Positions 38,301-51,600 of a stretch of DNA of 64,000 nucleotides are shown here, one piece after another. The translations under genes were made by a program, and so were the position numbers. The stretch lies in assembly GCA_964057225.1 (NCBI GenBank), contig OZ059897.1, positions 18,724,001 through 18,788,000 on the forward strand, written 5' to 3'. The notes below the pieces were generated by a model. The model had not been told where the DNA came from and made no database searches. It worked only from the letters and a program-made list of their open reading frames with translations. The stretch's first letter is position 1. Each line of letters begins with the position of its first letter. The DNA comes from Auanema rhodensis. Taxonomy: Eukaryota > Animalia > Nematoda.

Positions 38301-41300
38301 CCAAAAACATTTTGACAAAAATTTTTTCGAAAAATTTCAAAATAATTTAGCAAAAAGTAGATGTTTTTAGATTCCATTTTTCAAGGCAAAGACGATGGAC
38401 AATGTTATTCAACGAAAAAATTAATTCTTCAGGGTGAAAATCGAGGATATAAGTGTGAACTTATATCAGTTGATATCTCGGTGCATTTTTAAGCTAGCGC
38501 AAATCTGATAACACAGATCGACGCAGCTTAAAAATCCGCATCGAATGCACTATACTACATTAAGAGACGCTTGATACAAAAATTAGTTATGATCGTTTGA
38601 AAAATGATGCATTAGTGTATGTTGAGTTTCCATGTACACTCAACATTGCTTCCAAAAACATTTTGACAAAAATTTTTTCGAAAAATTTCAAAATAATTTA
38701 GCAAAAAGTAGATGTTTTTAGATTCCATTTTTCAAGGCAAAGACGATGGACAATGTTATTCAACGAAAAAATTAATTCTTCAGGGTGAAAATCGAGGATA
38801 TAAGTGTGAACTTATATCAGTTGATATTTCGGTGCTTTTTTAAGCTAGCGCAAATCTGATAACACAGATCGACGCAGCTTGAAAATCCGCATCGAATGCA
38901 CTATACTACATTGAGAAACGCTTAATACAAAAATTAGTTATGATCGTTTGAAAAATGATGCATTAGTGTATGTTGAGTTTCCATGTACACTCAACATTGC
39001 TTCCAAAAACATTTTGACAAAAATTTTTTCGAAAAATTTCAAAATAATTTAGCAAAAAGTAGATGTTTTTAGATTCCTTTTTTCAAGGCAAAGACGATGG
39101 ACAATGTTATTCAACGAAAAAATTATTTCTTCAGGGTGAAAATCGAGGATATAAGTGTGAACTTATATCAGTTGATATCTCGGTGCATTTTTAAGCTAGC
39201 GCAAATCTGATAACACAGATCGACGCAGCTTACAAATCCGCATCGAATGCACTATACTACATTGAGAAACGCTTGATACAAAAATTAGTTATGATCGTTT
39301 GAAAAATGATGCATTAGTGTATGTTGAGTTTCCATGTACACTCAACATTGCTTCCAAAAACATTTTGACAAAAATTTTTTCGAAAAATTTCAAAATAATT
39401 TAGCAAAAAGTAGATGTTTTTAGATTCCATTTTTCAAGGCAAAGACGATGGACAATGTTATTCAACGAAAAAATTAATTCTTCAGGGTGAAAATCGAGGA
39501 TATAAGTGTGAACTTATATCAGTTGATATCTCGGTGCATTTTTAAGCTAGCGCAAATCTGATAACACAGATCGACGCAGCTTAAAAATCCGCATCGAATG
39601 CACTATACTACATTAAGAGACGCTTGATACAAAAATTAGTTATGATCGTTTGAAAAATGATGCATTAGTGTATGTTGAGTTTCCATGTACACTCAACATT
39701 GCTTCCAAAAACATTTTGACAAAAATTTTTTCGAAAAATTTCAAAATAATTTAGCAAAAAGTAGATGTTTTTAGATTCCATTTTTCAAGGCAATGACGAT
39801 GGACAATGTTATTCAACGAAAAAATTAATTCTTCAGGGTGAAAATCGAGGATATAAGTGTGAACTTATATCAGTTGATATCTCGGTGCATTTTTAAGCTA
39901 GCGCAAATCTGATAACACAGATCGACGCAGCTTCAAACTCCGCATCGAATGCACTATACTACATTGAGAAACGCTTAATACAAAAATTAGTTATGATCGT
40001 TTGAAAAATGATGCATTAGTGTATGTTGAGTTTCCATGTACACTCAACATTGCTTCCAAAAACATTTTGACAAAAATTTTTTCGAAAAATTTCAAAATAA
40101 TTTAGCAAAAAGTAGATGTTTTTAGATTCCTTTTTTCAAGGCAAAGACGATGGACAATGTTATTCAACGAAAAAATTATTTCTTCAGGGTGAAAATCGAG
40201 GATATAAGTGTGAACTTATATCAGTTGATATCTCGGTGCATTTTTAAGCTAGCGCAAATCTGATAACACAGATCGACGCAGCTTAAAAATCCGCATCGAA
40301 TGCACTATACTACATTGAGAAACGCTTGATACAAAAATTAGTTATGATCGTTTGAAAAATGATGCATTAGTGTATGTTGAGTTTCCATGTACACTCAACA
40401 TTGCTTCCAAAAACATTTTGACAAAAATTTTTTCGAAAAATTTCAAAATAATTTAGCAAAAAGTAGATGTTTTTAGATTCCATTTTTCAAGGCAAAGACG
40501 ATGGACAATGTTATTCAACGAAAAAATTAATTCTTCAGGGTGAAAATCGAGGATATAAGTGTGAACTTATATCAGTTGATATCTCGGTGCATTTTTAAGC
40601 TAGCGCAAATCTGATAACACAGATCGACGCAGCTTAAAAATCCGCATCGAATGCACTATACTACATTAAGAAACGCTTGATACAAAAATTAGTTATGATC
40701 GTTTGAAAAATGATGCATTAGTGTATGTTGAGTTTCCATGTACACTCAACATTGCTTCCAAAAACATTTTGACAAAAATTTTTTCGAAAAATTTCAAAAT
40801 AATTTAGCAAAAAGTAGATGTTTTTAGATTCCATTTTTCAAGGCAAAGACGATGGACAATGTTATTCAACGAAGAAATTAATTCTTCAGGGTGAAAATCG
40901 AGGATATAAGTGTGAACTTATATCAGTTGATATCTCGGTGCATTTTTAAGCTAGCGCAAATCTGATAACACAGATCGACGCAGCTTAAAAATCCGCATCG
41001 AATGCACTATACTACATTGAGAAACGCGTGATACAAAAATTAGTTATGATCGTTTGAAAAATGATGCATTAGTGTATGTTGAGTTTCCATGTACACTCAA
41101 CATTGCTTCCAAAAACATTTTGACAAAAATTTTTTCGAAAAATTTCAAAATAATTTAGCAAAAAGTAGATGTTTTTAGATTCCTTTTTTCAAGGCAAAGA
41201 CGATGGACAATGTTATTCAACGAAAAAATTATTTCTTCAGGGTGAAAATCGAGGATATAAGTGTGAACTTATATCAGTTGATATCTCGGTGCATTTTTAA

Positions 41301-44300
41301 GCTAGCGCAAATCTGATAACACAGATCGACGCAGCTTAAAAATCCGCATCGAATGCACTATACTACATTGAAAAACGCTTGATACAAAAATTAGTTATGA
41401 TCGTTTGAAAAATGATGCATTAGTGTATGTTGAGTTTCCATGTACACTCAACATTGCTTCCAAAAACATTTTGACAAAAATTTTTTCGAAAAATTTCAAA
41501 ATAATTTAGCAAAAAGTAGATGTTTTTAGATTCCTTTTTTCAAGGCAAAGACGATGGACAATGTTATTCAACGAAAAAATTATTTCTTCAGGGTGAAAAT
41601 CGAGGATATAAGTGTGAACTTATATCAGTTGATATCTCGGTGCATTTTTAAGCTAGCGCAAATCTGATAACACAGATCGACGCAGCTTAAAAATCCGCAT
41701 CGAATGCACTATACTACATTGAGAAACGCTTGATACAAAAATTAGTTATGATCGTTTGAAAAATGATGCATTAGTGTATGTTGAGTTTCCATGTACACTC
41801 AACATTGCTTCCAAAAACATTTTGACAAAAATTTTTTCGAAAAATTTCAAAATAATTTAGCAAAAAGTAGATGTTTTTAGATTCCATTTTTCAAGGCAAA
41901 GACGATGGACAATGTTATTCAACGAAAAAATTAATTCTTCAGGGTGAAAATCGAGGATATAAGTGTGAACTTATATCAGTTGATATCTCGGTGCATTTTT
42001 AAGCTAGCGCAAATCTGATAACACAGATCGACGCAGCTTAAAAATCCGCATCGAATGCACTATACTACATTGAGAAACGCTTAATACAAAAATTAGTTAT
42101 GATCGTTTGAAAAATGATGCATTAGTGTATGTTGAGTTTCCATGTACACTCAACATTGCTTCCAAAAACATTTTGACAAAAATTTTTTCGAAAAATTTCA
42201 AAATAATTTAGCAAAAAGTAGATGTTTTTAGATTCCTTTTTTCAAGGCAAAAACGATGGACAATGTTATTCAACGAAAAAATTATTTCTTCAGGGTGAAA
42301 ATCGAGGATATAAGTGTGAACTTATATCAGTTGATATCTCGGTGCATTTTTAAGCTAGCGCAAATCTGATAACACAGATCGACGCAGCTTAAAAATCCGG
42401 ATCGAATGCACTATACTACATTAAGAAACACTTGATACAAAAATTAGTTATGATCGTTTGAAAAATGATGCATTAGTGTATGTTGAGTTTCCATGTACAC
42501 TCAACATTGCTTCCAAAAACATTTTGACAAAAATTTTTTCGAAAAATTTCAAAATAATTTAGCAAAAAGTAGATGTTTTTAGATTCCATTTTTCAAGGCA
42601 AAGACGATGGACAATGTTATTCAACGAAAAAATTAATTCTTCAGAGTGAAAATCGAGGATATAAGTGTGAACTTATATCAGTTGATATCTCGGTGCATTT
42701 TTAAGCTAGCGCAAATCTGATAACACAGATCGACGCAGCTTAAAAATCCGCATCGAATGCACTATACTACATTAAGAAACGCTTGATACAAAAATTAGTT
42801 ATGATCGTTTGAAAAATGATGCATTAGTGTATGTTGAGTTTCCATGTACACTCAACATTGCTTCCAAAAACATTTTGACAAAAATTTTTTCGAAAAATTT
42901 CAAAATAATTTAGCAAAAAGTAGATGTTTTTAGATTCCATTTTTCAAGGCAAAGACGATGGACAATGTTATTCAACGAAGAAATTAATTCTTCAGGGTGA
43001 AAATCGAGGATATAAGTGTGAACTTATATCAGTTGATATCTCGGTGCATTTTTAAGCTAGCGCAAATCTGATAACACAGATCGACGCAGCTTAAAAATCC
43101 GCATCGAATGCACTATACTACATTGAGAAACGCGTGATACAAAAATTAGTTATGATCGTTTGAAAAATGATGCATTAGTGTATGTTGAGTTTCCATGTAC
43201 ACTCAACATTGCTTCCAAAAACATTTTGACAAAAATTTTTTCGAAAAATTTCAAAATAATTTAGCAAAAAGTAGATGTTTTTAGATTCCTTTTTTCAAGG
43301 CAAAGACGATGGACAATGTTATTCAACGAAAAAATTATTTCTTCAGGGTGAAAATCGAGGATATAAGTGTGAACTTATATCAGTTGATATCTCGGTGCAT
43401 TTTTAAGCTAGCGCAAATCTGATAACACAGATCGACGCAGCTTAAAAATCCGCATCGAATGCACTATACTACATTGAAAAACGCTTGATACAAAAATTAG
43501 TTATGATCGTTTGAAAAATGATGCATTAGTGTATGCTGAGTTTCCATGTACACTCAACATTGCTTCCAAAAACATTTCGACAAAAATTTTTTCGAAAAAT
43601 TTCAAAATAATTTAGCAAAACGTAGATGTTTTTAGATTCCATTTCTCAAGGCAAAGACGATAGACAATGTTATTCAACGAAAAAATTAATTCTTCAGGGT
43701 GAAAATCGAGGGTATAAGTGTGAACTTATATCAGTTGATATCTCGGTGCATTTTTAAGCTAGCGCAAATCTGATAACACAGATCGACGCAGCTTAAAAAT
43801 CCGCATCGAATGCACTATACTACATTGAGAAACGCTTAATACAAAAATTAGTTATGATCGTTTGAAAAATGATGCATTAGTGTATGTTGAGTTTCCATGT
43901 ACACTCAACATTGCTTCCAAAAACATTTTGACAAAAATTTTTTCGAAAAATTTCAAAATAATTTAGCAAAAAGTAGATGTTTTTAGATTCCTTTTTTCAA
44001 GGCAAAAACGATGGACAATGTTATTCAACGAAAAAATTATTTCTTCAGGGTGAAAATCGAGGATATAAGTGTGAACTTATATCAGTTGATATCTCGGTGC
44101 ATTTTTAAGCTAGCGCAAATCTGATAACACAGATCGACGCAGCTTAAAAATCCGGATCGAATGCACTATACTACATTAAGAAACACTTGATACAAAAATT
44201 AGTTATGATCGTTTGAAAAATGATGCATTAGTGTATGTTGAGTTTCCATGTACACTCAACATTGCTTCCAAAAACATTTTGACAAAAATTTTTTCGAAAA

Positions 44301-45630
44301 ATTTCAAAATAATTTAGCAAAAAGTAGATGTTTTAAGATTTCATTTTTCAAGGCGAAGACGATGGACAATGTTATTCAACGAAAAAATTAATTCTTCAGG
44401 GTGAAAATCGAGGATATAAGTGTGAACTTATATCAGTTGATATCTCGGTGCATTTTTAAGCTAGCGCAAATCTGATAACACAGATCGACGCAACTTAAAA
44501 ATCCGCATCGAATGCACTATACTACATTGAGAAACGCTTAATACAAAAATTAGTTATGATCGTTTGAAAAATGATGCATTAGTGTATGTTGAGTTTCCAT
44601 GTACACTCAACATTGCTTCCAAAAACATTTTGACAAAAATTTTTTCGAAAAATTTCAAAATAATTTAGCAAAAAGTAGATGTTTTTAGATTCCATTTTTC
44701 AAGGCAAAGACGATGGACAATGTTATTCAACGAAAAAATTATTTCTTCAGGGTGAAAATCGAGGATATAAGTGTGAACTTATATCAGTTGATATCTCGGT
44801 GCATTTTTAAGCTAGCGCAAATCTGATAACACAGATCGACGCAGCTTAAAAATCCGCATCGAATGCACTATACTACATTGAGAAACGCTTAATACAAAAA
44901 TTAGTTATGATCGTTCGAAAAATGATGCATTAGTGTATGTTGAGTTTCCATGTACACTCAACATTGCTTCCAAAAACATTTTGACAAAAATTTTTTCGAA
45001 AAATTTCAAAATAATTTAGCAAAAAATAGATGTTTTTAGATTCCATTTTTCAAGGCAAAGACGATGGACAATGTTATTCAACGAAAAAATTAATTCTTCA
45101 GGGTGAAAATCGAGGATATAAGTGTGAACTTATATCAGTTGATATCTCGGTGCATTTTTAAGCTAGCGCAAATCTGATAACACAGATCGACGCAGCTTAA
45201 AAATCCGCATCGAATGCACTATACTACATTGAGAAACGCTTAATACAAAAATTAGTTATGATCGTTTGAAAAATGATGCATTAGTGTATGTTGAGTTTCC
45301 ATGTACACTCAACATTGCTTCCAAAAACATTTTGACAAAAATTTTTTCGAAAAATTTCAAAATAATTTAGCAAAAAGTAGATGTTTTAAGATTCCATTTT
45401 TCAAGGCAAAGACGATGGACAATGTTATTCAACGAAAAAATTAATTCTTCAGGGTGAAAATCGAGGATATAAGTGTGAACTTATATCAGTTGATATCTCG
45501 GTGCATTTTAAAGCTAGCGCAAATCTGATAACACAGATCGACGCAGCTCAAAAATCCGCATCGAATGCACTATATTACATTGAGAAAAGCTTAATACAAA
45601 AATTAGTTATGATCGTTTGAAAAATGATGC
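26326..45630 (+). repeat. Multi-monomer block, copy 2 (M76-M130), internally expanded by 31 monomers
   Basis: M76-85 correspond to M24-33, M111-125 to M28-42, and M126-130 to M46-50. Confidence 0.85.
27730..40716 (+). repeat. Nascent 9-mer higher-order repeat domain (3159-bp unit) with 6-, 4- and 3-mer derivatives
   Basis: Complete units at M80-88 and M102-110, partial units at M89-94, M95-97, M98-101 and M111-116. Confidence 0.8.
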
Positions 45631-48600
45631 ATTAGTGTATGTTGAGTTTCCATGTACACTCAATATTGCTTCCAAAAACATTTTGACAAAAATTTTTTCG
45701 AAAAATTTCAAAATAATTTAGCAAAAAGTAGATGTTTTTAGATTCCATTTTTCAAGGCAAAGACGATGGACAATGTTATTCAACGAAAAAATTAATTCTT
45801 CAGGGTGAAAATCGAGGATATAAGTGTGAACTTATATCAGTTGATATCTCGGTGCATTTTTAAGCTAGCGCAAATCTGATAACACAGATCGACGCAGCTT
45901 AAAAATCCGCATCGAATGCACTATACTTCATTGAGAAACGCTTAATACAAAAATTAGTTATGATCGTTTGAAAAATGATGCATTAGTGTATGTTGAGTTT
46001 CCATGTACACTCAACATTGCTTCCAAAAACATTTTGACAAAAATTTTTTCGAAAAATTTCAAAATAATTTAGCAAAAAGTAGATGTTTTTAGATTCCATT
46101 TTTCAAGGCAAAGACGATGGACAATGTTATTCAACGAAAAAATTAATTCTTCAGGGTGAAAATCGAGGATATAAGTGTGAACTTATATCAGTTGATATCT
46201 CGGTGCATTTTTAAGCTAGCGCAAATCTGATAACACAGATCGACGCAGCTTAAAAATCCGCATCGAATGCACTATACTACATTGAGAAACGCTTAATACA
46301 AAAATTAGTTATGATCGTTTGAAAAATGATGCATTAGTGTATGTTGAGTTTCCATGTACACTCAACATTGCTTCCAAAAACATTTTGACAAAAATTTTTT
46401 CGAAAAATTTCAAAATAATTTAGCAAAAAGTAGATGTTTTTAGATTCCATTTTTCAAGGCAAAGACGATAGACAATGTTATTCAACGAAAAAATTAATTC
46501 TTCAGGGTGAAAATCGAGGATATAAGTGTGAACTTATATCAGTTGATATCTCGGTGCATTTTTAAGCTAGCGCAAATCTGATAACACAGATCGACGCAGC
46601 TTAAAAATCCGCATCGAATGCACTATACTTCATTGAGAAACGCTTAATACAAAAATTAGTTATGATCGTTTGAAAAATGATGCATTAGTGTATGTTGAGT
46701 TTCCATGTACACTCAACATTGCTTCCAAAAACATTTTGACAAAAATTTTTTCGAAAAATTTCAAAATAATTTAGCAAAACGTAGATGTTTTTAGATTCCA
46801 TTTTTCAAGGCAAAGACGATGGACAATGTTATTCAACGAAAAAATTAATTCTTCAGGGTGAAAATCGAGGATATAAGTGTGAACTTATATCAGTTGATAT
46901 CTCGGTGCATTTTTAAGCTAGCGCAAATCTGATAACACAGATCGACGCAGCTTAAAAATCCGCATCGAATGCACTATACTACATTGAGAAACGCTTAATA
47001 CAAAAATTAGTTATGATCGTTTGAAAAATGATGCATTAGTGTATGTTGAGTTTCCATGTACACTCAACATTGCTTCCAAAAACATTTTGACAAAAATTTT
47101 TTCGAAAAATTTCAAAATAATTTAGCAAAAAGTAGATGTTTTAAGATTCCATTTTTCAAGGCAAAGACGATGGACAATGTTATTCAACGAAAAAATTAAT
47201 TCTTCAGGGTGAAAATCGAGGATATAAGTGTGAACTTATATCAGTTGATATCTCGGTGCATTTGAAAGCTAGCGCAAATCTGATAACACAGATCGACGCA
47301 GCTTAAAAATCCGCATCGAATGCACTATACTACATTGAGAAACGCTTAATACAAAAATTAGTTATGATCGTTTGAAAAATGATGCATTAGTGTATGTTGA
47401 GTTTCCATGTACACTCAACATTGCTTCCAAAAACATTTTGACAAAAATTTTTTCGAAAAATTTCAAAATAATTTAGCAAAAAGTAGATGTTTTAAGATTC
47501 CATTTTTCAAGGCAAAGACGATGGACAATGTTATTCAACGAAAAAATTAATTCTTCAGGGTGAAAATCGAGGATATAAGTGTGAACTTATATCAGTTGAT
47601 ATCTCGGTGCATTTGAAAGCTAGCGCAAATCTGATAACACAGATCGACGCAGCTTAAAAATCCGCATCGAATGCACTATACTACATTGAGAAACGCTTAA
47701 TACAAAAATTAGTTATGATCGTTTGAAAAATGATGCATTAGTGTATGTTGAGTTTCCATGTACACTCAACATTGCTTCCAAAAACATTTTGACAAAAATT
47801 TTTTCGAAAAATTTCAAAATAATTTAGCAAAAAGTAGATGTTTTTAGATTCCATTTTTCAAGGCAAAGACGATAGACAATGTTATTCAACGAAAAAATTA
47901 ATTCTTCAGGGTGAAAATCGAGGATATAAGTGTGAACTTATATCAGTTGATATCTCGGTGCATTTTTAAGCTAGCGCAAATCTGATAACACAGATCGACG
48001 CAGCTTAAAAATCCGCATCGAATGCACTATACTTCATTGAGAAACGCTTAATACAAAAATTAGTTATGATCGTTTGAAAAATGATGCATTAGTGTATGTT
48101 GAGTTTCCATGTACACTCAACATTGCTTCCAAAAACATTTTGACAAAAATTTTTTCGAAAAATTTCAAAATAATTTAGCAAAAAGTAGATGTTTTTAGAT
48201 TCCATTTTTCAAGGCAAAGACGATGGACAATGTTATTCAACGAAAAAATTAATTCTTCAGGGTGAAAATCGAGGATATAAGTGTGAACTTATATCAGTTG
48301 ATATCTCGGTGCATTTTTAAGCTAGCGCAAATCTGATAACACAGATCGACGCAGCTTAAAAATCCGCATCGAATGCACTATACTACATTAAGAAACGCTT
48401 AATACAAAAATTAGTTATGATCGTTTGAAAAATGATGCATTAGTGTATGTTGAGTTTCCATGTACACTCAACATTGCTTCCAAAAACATTTTGACAAAAA
48501 TTTTTTCGAAAAATTTCAAAATAATTTAGCGAAAAGTAGATGTTTTAAGATTCCATTTTTCAAGGCAAAGACGATGGACAATGTTATTCAACGAAAAAAT

Positions 48601-51600
48601 TAATTCTTCAGGGTGAAAATCGAGGATATAAGTGTGAACTTATATCAGTTGATATCTCGGTGCTTTTTTAAGCTAGCGCAAATCTGATAACACAGATCGA
48701 CGCAGCTTGAAAATCCGCATCGAATGCACTATACTACATTGAGAAACGCTTAATACAAAAATTAGTTATGATCGTTTGAAAAATGATGCATTAGTGTATG
48801 TTGAGTTTCCATGTACACTCAACATTGCTTCCAAAAACATTTTGACAAAAATTTTTTCGAAAAATTTCAAAATAATTTAGCAAAAAGTAGATGTTTTTAG
48901 ATTCCATTTTTCAAGGCAAAGACGATAGACAATGTTATTCAACGAAAAAATTAATTCTTCAGGGTGAAAATCGAGGATATAAGTGTGAACTTATATCAGT
49001 TGATATCTCGGTGCATTTTTAAGCTAGCGCAAATCTGATAACACAGATCGACGCAGCTTAAAAATCCGCATCGAATGCACTATACTTCATTGAGAAACGC
49101 TTAATACAAAAATTAGTTATGATCGTTTGAAAAATGATGCATTAGTGTATGTTGAGTTTCCATGTACACTCAACATTGCTTCCAAAAACATTTTGACAAA
49201 AATTTTTTCGAAAAATTTCAAAATAATTTAGCAAAAAGTAGATGTTTTTAGATTCCATTTTTCAAGGCAAAGACGATGGACAATGTTATTCAACGAAAAA
49301 ATTAATTCTTCAGGGTGAAAATCGAGGATATAAGTGTGAACTTATATCAGTTGATATCTCGGTGCATTTTTAAGCTAGCGCAAATCTGATAACACAGATC
49401 GACGCAGCTTAAAAATCCGCATCGAATGCACTATACTACATTGAGAAACGCTTAATACAAAAATTAGTTATGATCGTTTGAAAAATGATGCATTAGTGTA
49501 TGTTGAGTTTCCATGTACACTCAACATTGCTTCCAAAAACATTTTGACAAAAATTTTTTCGAAAAATTTCAAAATAATTTAGCAAAAAGTAGATGTTTTA
49601 AGATTCCATTTTTCAAGGCAAAGACGATGGACAATGTTATTCAACGAAAAAATTAATTCTTCAGGGTGAAAATCGAGGATATAAGTGTGAACTTATATCA
49701 GTTGATATCTCGGTGCATTTTTAAGCTAGCGCAAATCTGATAACACAGATCGACGCAGCTTAAAAATCCGCATCGAATGCACTATACTACATTAAGAAAC
49801 GCTTAATACAAAAATTAGTTATGATCGTTTGAAAAATGATGCATTAGTGTATGTTGAGTTTCCATGTACACTCAACATTGCTTCCAAAAACATTTTGACA
49901 AAAATTTTTTCGAAAAATTTCAAAATAATTTAGCGAAAAGTAGATGTTTTAAGATTCCATTTTTCAAGGCAAAGACGATGGACAATGTTATTCAACGAAA
50001 AAATTAATTCTTCAGGGTGAAAATCGAGGATATAAGTGTGAACTTATATCAGTTGATATCTCGGTGCTTTTTTAAGCTAGCGCAAATCTGATAACACAGA
50101 TCGACGCAGCTTGAAAATCCGCATCGAATGCACTATACTACATTGAGAAACGCTTAATACAAAAATTAGTTATGATCGTTTGAAAAATGATGCATTAGTG
50201 TATGTTGAGTTTCCATGTACACTCAACATTGCTTCCAAAAACATTTTGACAAAAATTTTTTCGAAAAATTTCAAAATAATTTAGCAAAAAGTAGATGTTT
50301 TTAGATTCCATTTTTCAAGGCAAAGACGATAGACAATGTTATTCAACGAAAAAATTAATTCTTCAGGGTGAAAATCGAGGATATAAGTGTGAACTTATAT
50401 CAGTTGATATCTCGGTGCATTTTTAAGCTAGCGCAAATCTGATAACACAGATCGACGCAGCTTAAAAATCCGCATCGAATGCACTATACTTCATTGAGAA
50501 ACGCTTAATACAAAAATTAGTTATGATCGTTTGAAAAATGATGCATTAGTGTATGTTGAGTTTCCATGTACACTCAACATTGCTTCCAAAAACATTTTGA
50601 CAAAAATTTTTTCGAAAAATTTCAAAATAATTTAGCAAAAAGTAGATGTTTTTAGATTCCATTTTTCAAGGCAAAGACGATGGACAATGTTATTCAACGA
50701 AAAAATTAATTCTTCAGGGTGAAAATCGAGGATATAAGTGTGAACTTATATCAGTTGATATCTCGGTGCATTTTTAAGCTAGCGCAAATCTGATAACACA
50801 GATCGACGCAGCTTAAAAATCCGCATCGAATGCACTATACTACATTGAGAAACGCTTAATACAAAAATTAGTTATGATCGTTTGAAAAATGATGCATTAG
50901 TGTATGTTGAGTTTCCATGTACACTCAACATTGCTTCCAAAAACATTTTGACAAAAATTTTTTCGAAAAATTTCAAAATAATTTAGCAAAAAGTAGATGT
51001 TTTAAGATTCCATTTTTCAAGGCAAAGACGATGGACAATGTTATTCAACGAAAAAATTAATTCTTCAGGGTGAAAATCGAGGATATAAGTGTGAACTTAT
51101 ATCAGTTGATATCTCGGTGCATTTGAAAGCTAGCGCAAATCTGATAACACAGATCGACGCAGCTTAAAAATCCGCATCGAATGCACCATACTACATTGAG
51201 AAACGCTTAATACAAAAATTAGTTATGATCGTTTGAAAAATGATGCATTAGTGTATGTTGAGTTTCCATGTACACTCAACATTGCTTCCAAAAACATTTT
51301 GACAAAAATTTTTTCGAAAAATTTCAAAATAATTTAGCAAAAAGTAGATGTTTTTAGATTCCATTTTTCAAGGCAAAGACGATAGACAATGTTATTCAAC
51401 GAAAAAATTAATTCTTCAGGGTGAAAATCGAGGATATAAGTGTGAACTTATATCAGTTGATATCTCGGTGCATTTTTAAGCTAGCGCAAATCTGATAACA
51501 CAGATCGACCCAGCTTAAAAATCCGCATCGAATGCACTATACTTCATTGAAAAACGCTTAATACAAAAATTAGTTATGATCGTTTGAAAAATGATGCATT

